The notes under the pieces are model-generated. The model was not told where the DNA came from. It saw only the letters and a program-made list of their open reading frames with translations, and ran no database searches. The position numbers were made by a program, and so were the translations under genes. Below, piece by piece: positions 8,466 through 20,699 of a stretch of 64,000 bases of DNA; positions within the stretch are counted from its first letter, which is position 1; each line of letters starts with the position of its first letter. Source of the DNA: an uncultured Bacilli bacterium (GTDB taxonomy: Bacteria > Bacillota_I > Bacilli_A > RF39 > UBA660); the NCBI GenBank assembly GCA_934168245.1, contig CAKPMY010000001.1, positions 68,761 to 132,760 of the forward strand, written 5' to 3'.

Positions 8466-9315
8466 ACTCTTTATTTATAAACATAACAATAGTCTTTTCC
8501 TTACCATATTTCGAATAATCACTTAAAGCCTTTTTATTAACATAATCTTCAAACTTTAACCTATCAAAATTGACTATCTGTTCAGCAAAGTCCCTATCAT
8601 GTAAAAACTTTGTAAAACCATCGCTATATGCTAATATAATATCATCTTTTTCTAAATTAAAGCTCCCATATCTTATAAATTTTCTAACTACATCTTCTCC
8701 CGTAATCGCTCCATATGAAACACATCTGCCATCTTTTATATTATTAATATTATTTCGATAATCTCTTCTCACTATAACTCTAGCTTCTACTAAATTCCAT
8801 GGAATTCCTATCTTATTTATATATGGATCACTATAAAGTTCTTTATCATCTTCAGTTTGAAATTTAATATTCCCATTCTTACCATAAACAATAACTCCAC
8901 AGTCACATATATAGGCATAATTTAAAATATTATTTTCTATTCTAACGCAAGCCGCAACAGCTCCATAATAATCATTTTCTAAATAGTCACATTTTAAAAT
9001 GTATTTATTATTTAGCAATTTAACACTCTCATTACATTTTATTAATCTCTCATATAAACTTCCTGTAGCTATAGAAAATGTATCACATATCTCTCTAGCA
9101 GCCAAATAAGCTCCTGATGGATTTGGATATTTTTTAACAAACTCTTCTTGTGATATAGAAGCTAAATCACTACAACCAATCGGATCTCTTGTAATACCAT
9201 CCGCAACAATTGCTTCCATCTCTGAAGCAAAAAACTGATCTTCGATTGGAAACTTACCATCTACATTCTTTGTATTATCAAACGTATTTTTATATACTAA
9301 CATAAATATCATCAC
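8464..9315 (-). CDS. PP2C/SpoIIE-like serine phosphatase domain protein (PPM-type), 283 aa
   Basis: AIVADGITRD near the N-terminus and ILAYSDGFTKF near the C-terminus resemble PPM motifs 1 and 8. No TM. Confidence 0.4.
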   Translation of the reverse strand: MMIFMLVYKNTFDNTKNVDGKFPIEDQFFASEMEAIVADGITRDPIGCSDLASISQEEFVKKYPNPSGAYLAAREICDTFSIATGSLYERLIKCNESVKLLNNKYILKCDYLENDYYGAVAACVRIENNILNYAYICDCGVIVYGKNGNIKFQTEDDKELYSDPYINKIGIPWNLVEARVIVRRDYRNNINNIKDGRCVSYGAITGEDVVRKFIRYGSFNLEKDDIILAYSDGFTKFLHDRDFAEQIVNFDRLKFEDYVNKKALSDYSKYGKEKTIVMFINKE

Positions 9316-9426
9316 CGAATATATTATAAAAAATGTTTATTTAAGTTTCAATAACATCCACAAAAAAATAAATTGAAAAAGGAAGTGAATAGTGCTACAC
9401 CTAAGAAGATACGAGGAGAAATAAAA

Positions 9427-9828
9427 ATGGAAAAAGAAAAAGAAACGAACAAAGACAGCAAAAAAGATATTCAAGATACTAATAAAACTGAAACTAAAGA
9501 TGACCAAGTAACAAACACCACTGAAACAAAATATCCAGCACAAGAAACATCATCAGTACCACCACTTTCATCAAGAGCTTGTACTAGAAAATATCATTAT
9601 AAAAGTGACACTATGGATAATATTATTACTTTAAATGCCGATGGTACATTTAATGAAAAAACAACTTGGGGATTCCTAGTAAAAGAAGGAACCTACATAA
9701 TTCAAAATAAATCACTAATCACTGTATTTCATGCAGATGTTGTTGGACCAAAAACTAAAATAAACTATACAACAGAGTCTTACCTATTACACAAAAGAAT
9801 AAAACTTCCTACCCGGAAGTTTTTTTAA
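9427..9828 (+). CDS. Hypothetical protein, ~133 aa (K/E/T-rich N-terminus, beta-rich C-terminal half)
   Basis: Plus-strand ORF with an AGGAGAAATAAAAATG RBS. One of very few plus-strand genes here. Confidence 0.4.
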   Translation: MEKEKETNKDSKKDIQDTNKTETKDDQVTNTTETKYPAQETSSVPPLSSRACTRKYHYKSDTMDNIITLNADGTFNEKTTWGFLVKEGTYIIQNKSLITVFHADVVGPKTKINYTTESYLLHKRIKLPTRKFF

Positions 9829-9837
9829 TACATAATT

Positions 9838-10539
9838 TTAATACTTAAAGTTATTTGTATCTTTACTTTCTGCCTTTCCAGTAGATCTATCATCAAGCAT
9901 TTGCCCAAGTTCCCTAGTGTAATCTGCGTTTTGACTCTTTCTAGCATCTTTTTCCCTTTTATTTTTTTCCGCTTGCGAAAGTAATACCCCATCAATATCA
10001 GCCCCAGAGTCTCTCAATGATTTTAAATTATTCGCAATAGCAAGAGACGTCTCAAGTGAAGGATAACGATTAGTCCCATAACCATAATGACCGAACTCTT
10101 TCAAAATACCATAAAATTGGTTAATAAACTCTGGACTATTATCAACAATCGAAACTCCATGTGCCATTAAAAATAATCTATCATCCGAAAAATCAGGTAC
10201 ATATTTAGGCTGTTCTTTACCATGAAGTTTTTTAGTTTCAGCAGCTATTAACGCTTGTTCAGTAGAACTACTTTGATTTCTTCCCAACATTCTATTTAAA
10301 TAGTCCAAATCAGACGATCTAATACTTTGAGCATCAGGACCATTCGCAATAGCATTCATCTTTTTAATACTATCACTTATCATCGCATCAGCTTCCCTAA
10401 CTCTTCTTTTTGTTTCTTCTATTTCGCGTTCTTGTTCTCTTTTAATTTCTTCTACTCTTTTACTAAGATCTTCCTGACTATAATCATCACGTGCAGTATC
10501 TTGTTTATTTTTCTTTTTCTTATCAAATAGAAATCCCAT
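9838..10539 (-). CDS. Hypothetical protein with N-terminal coiled-coil, ~233 aa
   Basis: ORF with a TTAGGAGGT RBS before MGFLFDKKKK. No recognisable catalytic motif. Confidence 0.4.
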   Translation of the reverse strand: MGFLFDKKKKNKQDTARDDYSQEDLSKRVEEIKREQEREIEETKRRVREADAMISDSIKKMNAIANGPDAQSIRSSDLDYLNRMLGRNQSSSTEQALIAAETKKLHGKEQPKYVPDFSDDRLFLMAHGVSIVDNSPEFINQFYGILKEFGHYGYGTNRYPSLETSLAIANNLKSLRDSGADIDGVLLSQAEKNKREKDARKSQNADYTRELGQMLDDRSTGKAESKDTNNFKY

Positions 10540-10580
10540 ATAATACCTCCTAATATAAGGAAATTGTATCATTAACTTTT

Positions 10581-11201
10581 TTATATTTCAACAATATTGA
10601 CATTACATAAAGTAAAGTCATCGTCAAATTCTAATTTAAATGTTTGACAATATTTCCATTTACCATCAAAGAAAACTTTACCATCAAACTTATAATCACT
10701 ATCATAACTAACACTACACCATTTACCAAGTAAATACATCATCGAAGTTGAATGTGTTACTACTAAAATTCTCTTATCTTTATACTCTTCCATTACTTTC
10801 ATAAGAGCCAAATACATTCTATCTAAAACTTCTCTTCTCGACTCTCCGTCACCAATCTTATAATCATAATCATTGAATTGATGAATTTCAAAATCACTTG
10901 GCAATTCACTTAAATTCTTAATACCATGACACCTTTCATTAAATCCATCTGTAACATTTATAAGTAAATTATTTTTATAAGCAAAATACTTTGCCGTACT
11001 GATTGCTCTAGAAAAACTACTACTCCATACTGCATCTAAGTTATTAAATTCATCCATTAAACTGACTCTCTCAGCCAATTTTTCTCCATCAACACTTAAA
11101 ACAGTCTTCTTATTAGAAGTATAAAAATCCTCATTACTATCAATCATTCCTAATTGTTTTTTTATTATTTCTGAGTGTCTCATTAAATATACAGTCGTCA
11201 T
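10581..11201 (-). CDS. Histidine phosphatase superfamily (phosphoglycerate mutase-like) protein
   Basis: N-terminal VYLMRHSE (RHG/RHS catalytic His motif), later a conserved His region (VVTHSTSM). GGAGGTAATATG RBS. Confidence 0.6.
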   Translation of the reverse strand: MTTVYLMRHSEIIKKQLGMIDSNEDFYTSNKKTVLSVDGEKLAERVSLMDEFNNLDAVWSSSFSRAISTAKYFAYKNNLLINVTDGFNERCHGIKNLSELPSDFEIHQFNDYDYKIGDGESRREVLDRMYLALMKVMEEYKDKRILVVTHSTSMMYLLGKWCSVSYDSDYKFDGKVFFDGKWKYCQTFKLEFDDDFTLCNVNIVEI

Positions 11202-11339
11202 ATTACCTCCAAATATTATCAATACAAGTATATTATCTCACAAGTCCTAACTAATTTCATTTATTTTTTTTATTTATTCTGCATTATTTAAAATATTTAA
11301 TTGATATTTTGCTATTTCACATAATATATCAAATCTTTC

Positions 11340-12082
11340 TTATTTACTCTTACCAGCCTTAATTAATTCAGCATTATATGACTCTAAATTAGACAAAACA
11401 GTTAATTCATTTATTGTTGCATAATCTCTTATATTTGACGATTTAGGCATTTTCGGATTAAGTTCCCGCCATTTTTTTGCAGTCGTATTAAATAAAGCCA
11501 CATTTAAAATATCCGCCTCTTCTGCATACTTCAACCATTCCCTATCTTTATAATAATCAATATCTGGCAATATATAATTTTTTATGGCATCAGTATGTAT
11601 TAAATAATTATTTTTTGTAAGTATTCTCTTAACATCCCACTCTCTATTTTTATTTTCTAAATCTTTTAATCTTTCAAACTCTTTTATTAAATACAATTTA
11701 AAAACAGGACTTATTGAAGAAGCAAATTCAAATGCTATATCTTTATGAGCATAAGTTCCACCATATTTTCCACGTTTGGAATATATTCCTATTGCATTCG
11801 TTCTTTCACACCACTCGGTAACACTTAATGTAAATGTATGAAGTCTGCTGTTTTTCTAAACCCGTCGAATTCGACGGAATTAAAATTGGGATTATAAATT
11901 GATTCCCAAGTTCCTAAAAACTCTAAAGTTATTCTATTTCTAAGCCAATTCCTTATAACATCATCAGACTTTGACTTACCATCTTTAAATCTTCCAAAAT
12001 CAGATATACAAATATAATCATTATCATCAACATTTGTTATATTTATTTTAATATTTTGTACCTCTATTATTCTATTTGACAT
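11340..12082 (-). pseudogene. Frameshifted phage KilA-N domain (antirepressor-like) gene
   Basis: ORF 11825..12082 encodes the KilA-N N-terminal half (YICISDFGRFKDGKS...IRNWLRNRITLEFL) and stops at ...ADFIHLH*. In the -1 frame the sequence continues without a stop: FTLSVTEWCERTNAIGIYSKRGKYGGTYAHKDIAFEFASSISPVFKLYL..., matching the KilA-N core (GTWAHPDIAIEFARWLSPEF). It runs on into the 118-aa ORF (11340..11696). A single indel near 11822-11835 separates the frames. Confidence 0.6.
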
Positions 12083-12257
12083 ATATCCACCTCCATTAAT
12101 TTGTATTATCATGCTACAATGCAAACAAATGTTTGTCAATGTAATATTGTATATTAAATTTGAATTTTCCCACAAAAAAATACTTATAAATAAAAACACT
12201 CAAGTCACTACATACATGACTAAGTGTAATTTTCCTAAATAATTTTAATCTTCAATA

Positions 12258-13439
12258 TTAATAACCATATCCAGAAACTATTTTATAAGCAATATCTGTC
12301 AAAGTAGTATCATTTATTTCATCTACAACTACTATATCAGCACAATCAGAATTATACTTATCTAACATATATAATCGCGTATAATCTATATCAGTAATAT
12401 GATTGCCAAAGAAAATCAGTTTCATTTCATTACCAAGTTTAGGCTCCGTCATTATTCCCCCACCATAAGAATAATATTTTCCTTTAACATTATAAGTAGT
12501 TAACTTTTCTTCTTCTGAAACAACAATTTTTCTACCAACATTATACTCCTCCGCAGCCTCAGTAATTTCTGAATCCTTAAACGTATAATCAGAAGAAATA
12601 TAATTCAAATAAGCATATATTTTATTATTAACACTATAGATACTCCAATCAATAATCATTCCATTAATACTGTCTTCATAATCAGTATATGCATACATAG
12701 AATATTTATTATTCTCTTCTCCTTCTTCAACCCTAGTAAAACCATTAAACCAATCAGTTTCAAGATATTTATCTATTCCCCAAGGAAAATCATCATAAGA
12801 CTTCAACAAACCTCTTTCATTTAACTCATTTTTAAAATCTATCACCGTAGGTAATTTTGAAACATCTACTGCTATTTTATTTGGTGACATAATACTTAAT
12901 CTAAATACTATAAATGGTACAGCAAAAAATAAAACTATACCTACTAACCATTTTTTTACATTTAGATTAAAACATAGTAATAAAATTATTATACTAGGAA
13001 GAACTAAAAAAAGTATAAAACCAATTATTAATCCTAAACCAACTTCCCGCAAACCAAACTCATCATAAAGAAGAAACAAAATATATAAAATATCAACAAC
13101 AAGAGATAATATATTAAATACTTTAACCCTAGTTAATGCTTTTTCATTATTACTAAGTAAGTATTTTTTACAATTTTTAAGTCCCAAATAAAATAATATA
13201 ACAGGTACTGAAAGATATAATAATGCTATTATTGTAAGTCCCGTCCCCAAACCTTTCCACATATCACTAGTAGATGTGAAATCTAAAATAACAATCCCAC
13301 CCGCAAGAATTAACACTAAAATGAGAAGTCCAATTAATTCTTTACGAAATATATTAGAAACTTTATATAGTTTCTTTTGCCAATCATTTAATCCTTCTAA
13401 AATCTTTTCATTTTCATTCTCTTTACCACTCTTCTTCAC
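12258..13439 (-). CDS. Hypothetical polytopic membrane protein with a C-terminal extracytoplasmic domain, 393 aa
   Basis: 4-5 hydrophobic helices in the first 200 aa and a Y/D/N-rich soluble C-terminal half. No motif assigned. Confidence 0.45.
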   Translation of the reverse strand: MKKSGKENENEKILEGLNDWQKKLYKVSNIFRKELIGLLILVLILAGGIVILDFTSTSDMWKGLGTGLTIIALLYLSVPVILFYLGLKNCKKYLLSNNEKALTRVKVFNILSLVVDILYILFLLYDEFGLREVGLGLIIGFILFLVLPSIIILLLCFNLNVKKWLVGIVLFFAVPFIVFRLSIMSPNKIAVDVSKLPTVIDFKNELNERGLLKSYDDFPWGIDKYLETDWFNGFTRVEEGEENNKYSMYAYTDYEDSINGMIIDWSIYSVNNKIYAYLNYISSDYTFKDSEITEAAEEYNVGRKIVVSEEEKLTTYNVKGKYYSYGGGIMTEPKLGNEMKLIFFGNHITDIDYTRLYMLDKYNSDCADIVVVDEINDTTLTDIAYKIVSGYGY

Positions 13440-13745
13440 CGCTACAACTCCTTTATCTTATCTAGAGTATACCATAACTCTTTTATTTCTATCAACATTC
13501 AAATAAACTAAGAATTAAAAAGTCTAACTTTTTCCGCATACACAAAGCGATACATCAATTTGCAAATATACTTATAAATAAAAAATTAGAGTTTTTAGTT
13601 TTAATCTTTTTTGATGTGGATTCGATTCTATCGAGTCCATTTTTGTTTAATAATAACCTGAACGCACTTTCCTTATATACAAAAAAAACGGCTTTTTACA
13701 AGTCGTTTTAAATTTCCACTCGAAAAATCGAGTTTTCTATCAATC

Positions 13746-13832
13746 TGGTGCTCGTATCCGGACTTGAACCGGAACTCTATCGCTAGAAGTAGATTTTGAG
13801 TCTACCGCGTCTACCAATTCCGCCATACGAGC
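13746..13832 (-). tRNA. tRNA-Leu (anticodon CAA), 87 nt with long variable arm and encoded CCA
   Basis: Minus-strand sequence GCTCGTATGGCGGAATTGGTAGACGCGGTAGACTCAAAATCTAC...GGTTCAAGTCCGGATACGAGCACCA. Acceptor stem GCTCGTA/TACGAGC, anticodon loop CTCAAAA, T-arm GGTTCAAGTCC. Confidence 0.85.
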
Positions 13833-13924
13833 AACTACATATTGATTATAACATACTTTTTAAAATTTTGTTCCTCTAAATTACTAAAATATCTCTAAAT
13901 TCAAATTACTTCCAAAAAGCCAAC

Positions 13925-14584
13925 CTAATTAAACTTCAATTCAATATTAGTCTTACCACCCTTACTCTTTTCACTCTTTAAAATATTTACTTCTACCAAA
14001 GAATCATTATCCTTACGATCATAACATAAATATATTATATTTTCTAAATCCTTTAAAACCGACTCTTCTATTTCTAACTCATCTATAGTAATTTTATCCA
14101 TTCTAGGTAACTGACTTAATACTACTACTGCCACATCACATTTCTTTGCTAAAGACACTAATTCATTCAATATATAAGAATTAAAATCTCTCCTTCTAAC
14201 CGTACTAATAGTACATGGTATTAATTGCATATAATCAATAACAACTAAAGACAAATCTGTATTAGCCTTCTTTAACTCTACACACTGCCTAACTATATCC
14301 CGAACTGTATTATCACTACCATATTCATATATAAATACATTTTCTTTAGAATAATCCCTATTAAATAGCTTATTTATTCTTGCCAATACCTGTTTCAAAG
14401 ATAACTCATAATTAAATAAAGCACTCACTCCATTATCTTTATTATTGTTAACTACATTTAAAGCAAACGTACTTTTACCCATACCAGGTCTAGAACATAT
14501 TAAACTTATCCTACCTCTTTTTAACCCTTCACTACCTAACAAATTATCTACATTTTCAAAGCCTGTTCTTATTACATTACCCAT
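13925..14584 (-). CDS. Stand-alone DnaB-family helicase C-terminal (RecA-like ATPase) domain protein, 219 aa
   Basis: NVDNLLGSEGLKRGRISLICSRPGMGKSTFALNV (Walker A in DnaB-C context), ELSLKQVLARI, LVVIDYMQLI and VVLSQLPR match DnaB C-domain motifs. No N-terminal DnaB domain. Strong GGGAGG RBS. Confidence 0.6.
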   Translation of the reverse strand: MGNVIRTGFENVDNLLGSEGLKRGRISLICSRPGMGKSTFALNVVNNNKDNGVSALFNYELSLKQVLARINKLFNRDYSKENVFIYEYGSDNTVRDIVRQCVELKKANTDLSLVVIDYMQLIPCTISTVRRRDFNSYILNELVSLAKKCDVAVVVLSQLPRMDKITIDELEIEESVLKDLENIIYLCYDRKDNDSLVEVNILKSEKSKGGKTNIELKFN

Positions 14585-14754
14585 AGTATCCTCCCTAACT
14601 CCAAGAAAAAATCCACTTCATCTAAAACACTATTCTATAATAGTAACTACAAATTTACAAGTACACACTTGCAAGAAAAAGATCAATCTACCAACCATTT
14701 CCATTCAAAAAATGCCCACTTCCAACAACTTAAATCCAAATAAAAAAGAAGAAG

Positions 14755-15333
14755 TTATTCCTCAACCTCCTCTTTATACTTAGAAGTATATAAGTCTGAT
14801 TCTCCGCTCTCTTCTTTTTCACTCTCTTCAATAAAACTATTCATATCAGGTAAGTCCTTAATCGTAGACAAACCAAAATAATCTAAAAATTCACTAGTAG
14901 TCTCATACAAAATAGGTCTACCAGGTAAATCACTTCTACCAACTTCTTTTATAAATCCTTTCGCAACCAATTTTCTAATAATCTGAGTAGTCCCAACACC
15001 TCGCATTGTATCTATTTGTACTCTTGTAATTGGTTCATTATAAGCAATAATTGCCAAGGTCTCTAATGCTGCCTGACTCAAAGTATTAGTCTCCGGATTC
15101 TCTAAAAGTTTTTGATAGTACTCCCTATGTTCATACTTAGTCGTAAGTTTAAATCTATTACCTAAAAAATCTATTCTTAATCCTCTATTTTCATCTTCAT
15201 AATCATGCTTCAATTCATATAAAAGTCTCTTAGACCCTTCTTCATCTACTTCTAGGACATCTTCTATCTGATCCAGCGTAAGTCCTTCCTCACCCACAAC
15301 AAATAAAAGCCCCTCTAAAACTGCTTTCTTCAT
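14755..15333 (-). CDS. scpB: Segregation and condensation protein B
   Basis: MKKAVLEGLLFVVGEEGLTLDQI... with the typical ScpB winged-helix repeats. Follows scpA with a 2-nt gap. Confidence 0.85.
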   Translation of the reverse strand: MKKAVLEGLLFVVGEEGLTLDQIEDVLEVDEEGSKRLLYELKHDYEDENRGLRIDFLGNRFKLTTKYEHREYYQKLLENPETNTLSQAALETLAIIAYNEPITRVQIDTMRGVGTTQIIRKLVAKGFIKEVGRSDLPGRPILYETTSEFLDYFGLSTIKDLPDMNSFIEESEKEESGESDLYTSKYKEEVEE

Positions 15334-15335
15334 AC

Positions 15336-16040
15336 CTACACCGCCTCACAAATAATATCATCAAATGTCCCATTCTGAGTAATTGTAAGTTCATGACTCT
15401 TAGCCATTTCTAAAACCGCCAAGAAAGTCGCAATAACATACTCTTTAGAAACAACTGGAAAAAGTTCAAAAAATGATACTCTCTTCTTAGTCTTTAATAA
15501 ATTCTTAATATCATGTCTTCTCGATGAAACTGTAACTTCATTTACTGTAATCTTAGTTTGTAAAGGTTTAGTCTCCCTTTTTCTTTCCAAATACTTCTTA
15601 AACGCCTCTACCAAATCATCTAAAGTAACATCAGTCGTAATACTAACATCTTCTTCTACATAATTTCTAATATTTTCAGGTGCCTTAGTATAAATCTCTT
15701 TTCTTAAATTTTCCTTATCTTGAAGTACTTTAGTAATCTCCTTATATGCCTGATACTCTAACAGTCTATTAACAAGTTCTTCTCTTGGATCTTCTTCCTC
15801 TCCCTCATCATTCTTAGGATTAGGTAGTAACAACTTAGATTTTATTTCAATAAGTTCCGAAGCCATAACCAAATATTCAGATGCAATCTCTAAATTCATC
15901 TTCTCTTGTAAATCCAAATAATTCATATATTGTTCAGTAATCTTTTCTATTTCTATATCCATTATATTCATTTTACTTTCTTTAATAAGATGCAACAATA
16001 AATCTAATGGTCCTTCAAACTCATTAATCTTAAAATCCAT
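15336..16040 (-). CDS. scpA: Segregation and condensation protein A (kleisin)
   Basis: FEGPLDLLLHLIKESKMNIMDIEIEKITEQY N-terminal motif of ScpA. Confidence 0.85.
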   Translation of the reverse strand: MDFKINEFEGPLDLLLHLIKESKMNIMDIEIEKITEQYMNYLDLQEKMNLEIASEYLVMASELIEIKSKLLLPNPKNDEGEEEDPREELVNRLLEYQAYKEITKVLQDKENLRKEIYTKAPENIRNYVEEDVSITTDVTLDDLVEAFKKYLERKRETKPLQTKITVNEVTVSSRRHDIKNLLKTKKRVSFFELFPVVSKEYVIATFLAVLEMAKSHELTITQNGTFDDIICEAV

Positions 16041-16156
16041 ATCAAGAACCTACTTTCTAATAATGTCTACATTACAAGTATAACAAATTTTTCTCATTAA
16101 GAAAAATATATTTTATTTTTTACTCAAAAACACTTATAATATTCATAGGTGATTTT

Positions 16157-16459
16157 ATGAAACAATTCACAATGCGTGATGAAAAATTTATCTGCGAAAA
16201 CTGTCACAAAGAAGTATCTCCTCTAGGCTATACCGCAAGAGATCATTGTCCATATTGTCTTTACTCTAAACATGTTGATATAAATCCCGGCGATCGAGAA
16301 AATACTTGTAAAGGTCTTCTAAAACCAATCGGTATCGAAAAATTTAAAGATACTTACAAAATACTTTATCGTTGTGAAAAATGTCTCGAGCTTCATAAAA
16401 ATATAGTTGCTAAAGACGATGACATGAACATGATAATAAAAATATCAAGTAATAATTAA
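16157..16459 (+). CDS. RNHCP domain-containing zinc-binding protein, 100 aa
   Basis: FICENCHKEVSP...ARDHCPYCLYSKH...CEKCLE: R-x-H-C-P signature and four Cys pairs. Confidence 0.6.
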   Translation: MKQFTMRDEKFICENCHKEVSPLGYTARDHCPYCLYSKHVDINPGDRENTCKGLLKPIGIEKFKDTYKILYRCEKCLELHKNIVAKDDDMNMIIKISSNN

Positions 16460-16490
16460 ACCAGTCCAACTCCTTGAACTGGTTTTTATT

Positions 16491-16492
<2 letters not shown>
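16459..16492. terminator. Bidirectional intrinsic terminator between convergent genes
   Basis: AACCAGTCCAA-CTCC-TTGAACTGGTT stem (11 bp, 1 mismatch), flanked by TTTTTATTTT on the plus side and a U-rich run on the minus side. Sits between the stops at 16459 (+) and 16491 (-). Confidence 0.55.
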
Positions 16493-19289
<2,797 letters not shown>

Positions 19290-19356
19290 CTTATCACCTA
19301 CATTATTCTAATAATAGAATAACATATTTATAAAGAAAAAAACAGATACAATTCTG

Positions 19357-19707
19357 TTAATTTCTCGGTTTAAATATAAGGGCAAATACAAATGAAAATA
19401 TAATAGCAGCTGTAATACCCGTAGCCGTTAAATCAAACATTCCCATAAGTATTCCAACAACTCCCAAACTATTAGCCTTCGCCAAAGCCCCATGTATAAG
19501 TGAATGACCAAAACTAGTTATTGGTACCATTGCTCCTCCACCTACTACTTTAATAATATAGTCATACCAACTAAAACTATCTAAGAATGCTCCTACTACA
19601 ACTAAAATACTAGTTATATGCCCTGGAGTCAACTTAGTATTATCTAAAATTATTTGTGAAATCATACATACAAATCCACAAAACAAAAATGAATTAATAA
19701 GAAGCAC
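19357..19707 (-). CDS. spoVAEB: Stage V sporulation protein AE (SpoVAEB-type)
   Basis: 116-aa membrane protein: LPGHITSILVVVGAFLD...GGGAMVPITSFGHSL... typical of SpoVAEB. Start overlaps the spoVAD stop. Confidence 0.75.
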   Translation of the reverse strand: MLLINSFLFCGFVCMISQIILDNTKLTPGHITSILVVVGAFLDSFSWYDYIIKVVGGGAMVPITSFGHSLIHGALAKANSLGVVGILMGMFDLTATGITAAIIFSFVFALIFKPRN

Positions 19708-20699
19708 TATACCACCTCCAAACTAATAGCATGAGCAATAGAATTAATATTTTGTTTTTGATATAAAAGTGTTGGCGAAAATAAAGCCCCCGTTGCAATT
19801 AATAAAACTCTTCTTAACTTCTTAGTCTTAAGTTGATTATAAACATACCCATAGTTTACTAATGCACTACACACCGGACCCGATCCCCCTGCTAAAACTT
19901 CTGGTTGTTTTTCTAAATCATAAAGCATTACTCCACAATCATTATAGTTTTTACTTAAATCCATCTTATAATTAACTTCCATATAATCTTTAACAATCTC
20001 TTTTCCATATCTTCCTAAGTCTCCAGTCAAAATCAAATCATAATATTCAGGCCCTCTTCCAGTCTCATCAAAATGTCTCTTCATAACATCAATTGCCGCT
20101 GGAGCCATAACTCTACCCATATCATTAGGATCATTCTCATCCATATCAATAATCTTACCTAAAGTAGCACACTCAACTTTAACATCAGTCTTTTCATTAA
20201 CTAAGACAATAGAGGCTGCCCCAGTGGCTGTAAATGTTGCCCCTCTAGGTCTAGGAGCCCCATACTCCGTAGGATTTCTAAATTGTTTTTCGCTACTCAT
20301 ATTATGAGAAGAAACTACACATAAAGCATTCTTTACTTGTTTACTATTTATAAAATTAGCAGCAATTATCATCTCTAAAACACTACTACTACAAGCCCCA
20401 TACACACCTATAAAACCATTTCCATATCCTAAAGTTCCATAAGTAGAAGCCGTAATCTGATTAAGTAAATCTCCTCCAAGTACAATATCAAATTCATTCT
20501 TTAAAATACCTGTCTTCTTAACCGCATAACTAAGCGAATCTTTAACTAATTTTATCTCAGCCTTCTCCCAAGAATCTTCTCCAAAATATAAATCATTATA
20601 TGTCTTATCAAAATACTTCTTCAAAGGTCCATTCTTCTCATAAACACCTGCCACTAAAGCCGTATCTTTTACATAAACATTATTATACTTAAAAGTCAT
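19707..20699 (-). CDS. spoVAD: Stage V sporulation protein AD (thiolase/KAS-like)
   Basis: 330 aa: GVYGACSSSVLEMIIAANFI...GATFTATGAASIVL... matches the SpoVAD fold. Lies in a spoVAC-AD-AE arrangement. Confidence 0.85.
   Translation of the reverse strand: MTFKYNNVYVKDTALVAGVYEKNGPLKKYFDKTYNDLYFGEDSWEKAEIKLVKDSLSYAVKKTGILKNEFDIVLGGDLLNQITASTYGTLGYGNGFIGVYGACSSSVLEMIIAANFINSKQVKNALCVVSSHNMSSEKQFRNPTEYGAPRPRGATFTATGAASIVLVNEKTDVKVECATLGKIIDMDENDPNDMGRVMAPAAIDVMKRHFDETGRGPEYYDLILTGDLGRYGKEIVKDYMEVNYKMDLSKNYNDCGVMLYDLEKQPEVLAGGSGPVCSALVNYGYVYNQLKTKKLRRVLLIATGALFSPTLLYQKQNINSIAHAISLEVV

Noticed and set aside
9337-9543. 68-aa minus-strand ORF (F/L/S-rich) upstream of the PP2C-like gene
   Set aside because: Overlaps the start of the better-supported plus-strand 133-aa gene and has membrane-like junk composition from an A-rich antisense strand. 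No RBS.
13610-13645. tRNA-like T-loop fragment GTGGATTCGATTCTATCGAGTCCA on the plus strand ~100 nt from tRNA-Leu; considered as a partial tRNA duplicate or att site
   Set aside because: Flanking sequence does not form T-stem or acceptor-stem pairing. It is not a copy of the tRNA-Leu 3' end (GGTTCAAGTCCGGATACGAGCACCA) in either orientation. Most likely chance similarity.
14445-14783. 112-aa plus-strand ORF between the DnaB-C gene and scpB
   Set aside because: Overlaps the 5' end of the minus-strand DnaB-C gene, has no RBS and P/L/N-rich composition. Likely non-coding.
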